64,000 nt of DNA, from assembly GCA_937894775.1 (NCBI GenBank), contig CALAXC010000044.1, forward strand, positions 2,532-66,531. The letters are read 5' to 3'. The notes beneath the pieces were generated by a model. The model did not search any database and was not told the DNA's origin. It worked only from the letters and a program-made list of their open reading frames with translations. The stretch comes from an uncultured Clostridia bacterium. Its GTDB lineage: Bacteria > Bacillota > Clostridia > Oscillospirales > CAG-272. Below are positions 60,608 through 64,000 of the stretch, one piece after another (positions within the stretch are counted from its first letter, which is position 1; the number at the start of each line of letters is the position of its first letter). The position numbers and the translations under genes are program-made.

Positions 60608-62224
60608 TCAAAGAGGCGCAAAGCGTTCCATTATTTTTAACGCTACACGTATGCCGTCGATCGCAGCACTTGTGATACCTCCCGCATATCCCGCACCTTC
60701 ACCGCAAGGATATACGCATTTTTTTCCTATCGCAACAAGCTCTTCATTCCTGAGTATGCGCACGGGTGCCGACGTTCTCGTTTCAACACCTGTAAGAATA
60801 GCGCTGCTTACCGAAAAGCCCTGAAGCTTTTTTTCAAAAGAAGATATTCCCCTTTTTAGTCCGTCACAAATAAATGACGGAAGTACGCCGTTCATATCCG
60901 ATACGGTCACTCTGCCGTTACGGTAAGTAGGAATTACATCGGTAGGTTCACTTCCCGTCTTTGAATCAAGGAAATCACCCACCGTCTGGATCGGAGCAGA
61001 ATAATCGCTTCCGCCCATCAAAAAGGCTTTTCTTTCTATATTGCGCTGAAAAGCTATTGCACCCATAGGAGTGCCGTCATAATCGGTTTGTCTTACACTT
61101 ACCGCTATGGCAGAATTAGAATTCTTCCCGTCTCTTGCGTGACGGCTCATTCCGTTTACCACTACTCCGCCTTCTTCGGATGCAGCAGCAACTATCTCGC
61201 CGCCGGGACACATACAAAAAGTATATACCCCACGCTCTCCCGCGGTATCCGAAAGATGGTATTCGCCCTTACCGAGTTTAGGATGTCCCGCCATATCTCC
61301 GTAAAGCGCTTTATCTATATTTTCGCGTAAATGTTCTATACGTACACCTACCGAAAAGGATTTTGCTTCAACCATATAATGCTCGTCAAGGAGCATCTTA
61401 TAAGTATCTCTTGCGCTATGTCCCGTTGCCAGAATAAGCGAAGAGCATAAAATATCTCCTACGGAAGTATGCGCCAAAACCGTTCCGTCTGCATTTTCTG
61501 CAATACCGTCAAGTCTTGTCCTATACATGACCTTACCGCCAAGAGATTCAATTTTCAAAAGGATCTTATCGACGATCCCCAACAAAAGATCGGTTCCTAT
61601 ATGTGGCTTTGCCGCTGTAAGGATATCTTCAGGCGCGCCGAATTCGCAAAAACGTTTAAGCACGTAGCTTATTTTAGGATCATTTATTCGCGTAAGCAAT
61701 TTTCCGTCGGAAAAAGTTCCCGCTCCGCCTGCGCCAAACTGTATATTGGATTCTGTGTCAAGAATCCCGAATTTATAAAAATCCTCGTATTTTTTTGTTC
61801 TGTCAGCTATACTGTCACCACGATCTATAATTATAGGCGCATATCCGTTTTCAGCCAAAAGAAGGGCGGAAAAAAGTCCCGCAGGTCCCATTCCCACAAC
61901 AAGGGGACGGGCCGTTGATATCTCTTTTCCGTAAATTATCTGCAATTCTTCATTTGGAATAGCCGATATTTTATATTTTTTTATGCTTGGAACAGCTATA
62001 TTTTGCGGCAATTCAAAGCGAGCAGCTACAGAATAAACAAGCTTTATGTCGTTTCTTTTACGCGCATCAACAGAGCGTTTGTAAATATTAAAACGAAGTC
62101 GTGCAGGGTTGATCCCTGCACGCTTCAAGACATTCGCGGCAATTACGCACGCCTCGTTTTCATCAGCATTCGGAGAAAGACTTATTCCGCTTATCACAAA
62201 CCCTTGTGTCAGTTCACCTTTCAT
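60608..62224 (-). CDS. FAD-dependent oxidoreductase-like protein (COG2509-type)
   Basis: Rossmann motif VVGMGPAGLFSALLLAENG; 538 aa. Confidence 0.7.
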   Translation of the reverse strand: MKGELTQGFVISGISLSPNADENEACVIAANVLKRAGINPARLRFNIYKRSVDARKRNDIKLVYSVAARFELPQNIAVPSIKKYKISAIPNEELQIIYGKEISTARPLVVGMGPAGLFSALLLAENGYAPIIIDRGDSIADRTKKYEDFYKFGILDTESNIQFGAGGAGTFSDGKLLTRINDPKISYVLKRFCEFGAPEDILTAAKPHIGTDLLLGIVDKILLKIESLGGKVMYRTRLDGIAENADGTVLAHTSVGDILCSSLILATGHSARDTYKMLLDEHYMVEAKSFSVGVRIEHLRENIDKALYGDMAGHPKLGKGEYHLSDTAGERGVYTFCMCPGGEIVAAASEEGGVVVNGMSRHARDGKNSNSAIAVSVRQTDYDGTPMGAIAFQRNIERKAFLMGGSDYSAPIQTVGDFLDSKTGSEPTDVIPTYRNGRVTVSDMNGVLPSFICDGLKRGISSFEKKLQGFSVSSAILTGVETRTSAPVRILRNEELVAIGKKCVYPCGEGAGYAGGITSAAIDGIRVALKIMERFAPL

Positions 62225-62261
62225 AAAATCTCCCTCCCAAAATCATAAGCTTATAAAAATT

Positions 62262-62516
62262 TTAAGTTGAGCTTTCGCTTGACGTTTCGGTTGACTTATT
62301 CTGCATGCTTTCCGCAACCTCTTCAAAAGCCTCTTTATTTTTATTTAAATCGTTTTGATCTTTAGCCTTTTTCACGTTAGAAGCATATAGCCATATAAGA
62401 AGCGACGCTACGATACATATTGCAAAAACAAGAATATCGGACTTTTTAAAAAATTTCTTCTTGCCCGCAACCTTTACATCTCCGCCGCCATTATTCAAAT
62501 TATCTGTCTGTGACAT
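62262..62516 (-). CDS. 84-aa single-TM protein resembling only the N-terminal anchor of CdaR/YbbR
   Basis: GGAGG RBS. TM helix ILVFAICIVASLLIWLYASN followed by a short polar tail. It lies directly downstream of cdaA. Confidence 0.6.
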   Translation of the reverse strand: MSQTDNLNNGGGDVKVAGKKKFFKKSDILVFAICIVASLLIWLYASNVKKAKDQNDLNKNKEAFEEVAESMQNKSTETSSESST

Positions 62517-62543
62517 TACTTACCTCCATCAAGAATAGCCGCA

Positions 62544-63437
62544 TTATTTTGCATTATCTGCATTCTCGCCTTTATTGGCATTCACATCGGCTTTAGCGAC
62601 GGTATTTGCACCGCCCTTATTCTTTTTCCTACGTTTTTTCTTCTTTTTGCTGTTAGAATCCTTGATAGGATTGAGGATCTCTTCAAGACGCGTACGAAGA
62701 GTTGTATATGTAAATCCTCTTTCGAGCTCCCCGTTTATCGATATTGAAATGATACCCGTTTCCTCAGAAACGATAACAACAACAGCATCGGTTATTTCGG
62801 TGGTTCCGATAGAAGCTCGGTGACGTGTGCCGAGATCCTTAGGAATATCAACTCTTGATGTCATAGGAAGAACGCATCCCGCAGAATCTATTCTTCCGTC
62901 ACGGATTATTACCGCTCCGTCATGAAGCGCTCCGCCCTTATAGAATATAGAACTGAGCATATTAGAGGTAACCACCGCATCAAGCTCGGTTCCGCTCTCT
63001 TTATATTCATCGAGTGAATTTTCTCTCTCAATGACCATCAACGCACCGTATTTTATATCCGCCAGATCCTGCGCGGCACGCGCTACCGCCTCGATAACTC
63101 CGTGTGAGCTTGCCGAATCGGAATTTCTGTCATTTGCATGATTTATATTCTGCATTCCTTCAAAGGTAGTTCCGCCTATTTTTTCAAGTGCGGAACGAAG
63201 CTCGGGCTGAAAGATTATAAGTATCGCTATCACTCCAAGCTGTCGGAAGTTTCCAAAAACGAACCCCATAGCTGTAAGCTCGGTTGCGTCTACCACTAAC
63301 ATAACCAGCAAGAAAAGTACTACGCCTATAGCGAGTTTTATTGCCCTGCGTTTTACCGCAAAACGATATATAAAAAACAAGATGATCGCCAATGATAAAA
63401 CGTCAAATATATTCTTTAAAATTTCAAGAAAATCCAA
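62544..63437 (-). CDS. cdaA: diadenylate cyclase CdaA
   Basis: 3 N-terminal TM helices. DAC domain (GALMVIE, DGAVIIRDGRI..AGC.LP, GTRHRAS..TE). TTG start with GGAGG 7 nt upstream. Lys/Arg-rich C-terminal tail. Confidence 0.9.
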   Translation of the reverse strand: MDFLEILKNIFDVLSLAIILFFIYRFAVKRRAIKLAIGVVLFLLVMLVVDATELTAMGFVFGNFRQLGVIAILIIFQPELRSALEKIGGTTFEGMQNINHANDRNSDSASSHGVIEAVARAAQDLADIKYGALMVIERENSLDEYKESGTELDAVVTSNMLSSIFYKGGALHDGAVIIRDGRIDSAGCVLPMTSRVDIPKDLGTRHRASIGTTEITDAVVVIVSEETGIISISINGELERGFTYTTLRTRLEEILNPIKDSNSKKKKKRRKKNKGGANTVAKADVNANKGENADNAK

Positions 63438-63491
63438 ATCGATACCTCCGCCAAAAAACTCTGTTCCAAATTAAAGCTAATATTAATATAT

Positions 63492-63520
63492 ATTATAACA
63501 TATAAATAAAATAAATTCAA
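63492..63520 (-). promoter_or_regulatory. SigA-type promoter of cdaA
   Basis: The minus strand reads TTGAAT-17 nt-TATAAT. Confidence 0.55.
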
Positions 63521-63660
63521 GAATTATACCAAATTTATTTGCGAAATTTATTGATTTTTTAATGGAAAGAGATGTGCAAAATTAACAAAAAATTAACAAA
63601 AAAGAGAAATCCACAGTCTTGTTTAAACTAATGAATTTCTCTTTTGTTTTATTTTACTTT

Positions 63661-63999
63661 TTATTCCTGACTTTCAACCACCGGCTTACAAGTACCGCAC
63701 GGAGTGTATCCGTTTGCGATAAGATCGTTAAGAGCACCTTGATGCTCACCTCTGTTTGCATCGGTTATATTTTTCACGTTTGAGCAAGTCGGTTTATGGA
63801 TCTTCTTTGTTTTTGTATTCAAAATATATGTATCCTGATCATTTTCATCAGAATTATTCTCACCGCCGTTGTTTTCCTTCGATTCTTCGGTAGCCTTATC
63901 GGTTTCAGAATTGCTCGGTGCTTCGCTCGGCAGCCAATTTTCACCCGTAGCATAATCAATAACTATTCCGGGTTGAACGTTATAAGCATAAACATTGAA
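63661..63999 (-). CDS. C-terminal part of a secreted nuclease-like protein with Cys-motif tail (gene runs off window end)
   Basis: My own minus-strand translation: FNVYAYNVQPGIVIDYATGENWLPSEAPS...DTYILNTKTKKIHKPTCSNVKNITDANRGEHQGALNDLIANGYTPCGTCKPVVESQE*. Confidence 0.5.
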   Translation of the reverse strand, partial: FNVYAYNVQPGIVIDYATGENWLPSEAPSNSETDKATEESKENNGGENNSDENDQDTYILNTKTKKIHKPTCSNVKNITDANRGEHQGALNDLIANGYTPCGTCKPVVESQE

Positions 64000-64000
64000 T

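Noticed and set aside
63585-63650. Direct repeat aaaattaacaaa x2 and an AU-rich hairpin (aaaagagaaat...atttctctttt) downstream of the nuclease-like gene.
   Set aside because: The stem is AU-only with a ~24-nt loop. It may act as a weak terminator, but I cannot support it strongly, and the direct repeat is low-complexity A-rich sequence.

Overview
This is a low-GC Firmicutes/Clostridia-type chromosomal segment from a spore former (spoIIR, yabP, yabQ and SpoVB/YabM-like genes are present). It is densely coding and mostly housekeeping. I saw no rRNA, tRNA, CRISPR array, transposase, integrase or prophage signature.

Minus-strand genes, in coordinate order:
- pmbA (partial), tldD, tgt, mutL, mutS, a ylbF-like gene and miaB
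- an accessory lipoprotein, then valS with a T-box leader
- an orphan 865-aa repeat-rich Zn-ribbon membrane protein
- pcrA, a membrane protein, an HD hydrolase, an ABC permease/GldG fusion, an ABC ATPase and a MATE pump

A plus-strand block at 25.0-36.5 kb holds hisS, DJ-1, 5-FCL, CPBP, spoIIR, a 2-TM protein with a mini-M50 protease, and potA-potB-potCD. It is interrupted by a minus-strand LytTR/DUF3021 pair and a DUF1836 gene.

The minus strand then resumes:
- tadA, CPBP and a small unknown gene, continuous with a GH13-glgP-glgA-glgD-glgC-glgB glycogen array
- the divIC-yabQ-yabP-yabO-hup-mazG-yabM-like block
- a udk-like kinase, hemZ-like gene, dtd, relA, recJ and a FAD protein
- a mini CdaR-like protein, cdaA, and a partial nuclease-like gene

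Several near-consensus SigA-type promoters and rho-independent terminators can be read directly.

I found no convincing multi-gene novel system. The best candidates for follow-up are:
- the monocistronic repeat protein at 13830-16427
- the ABC module whose ATPase has non-canonical catalytic motifs, at 20405-23349
- the 2-TM protein plus minimal site-2 protease pair at 31047-32232
- the 84-aa CdaR-like remnant downstream of cdaA

All family calls rest on motif recognition by eye in the supplied translations. No searches were run.
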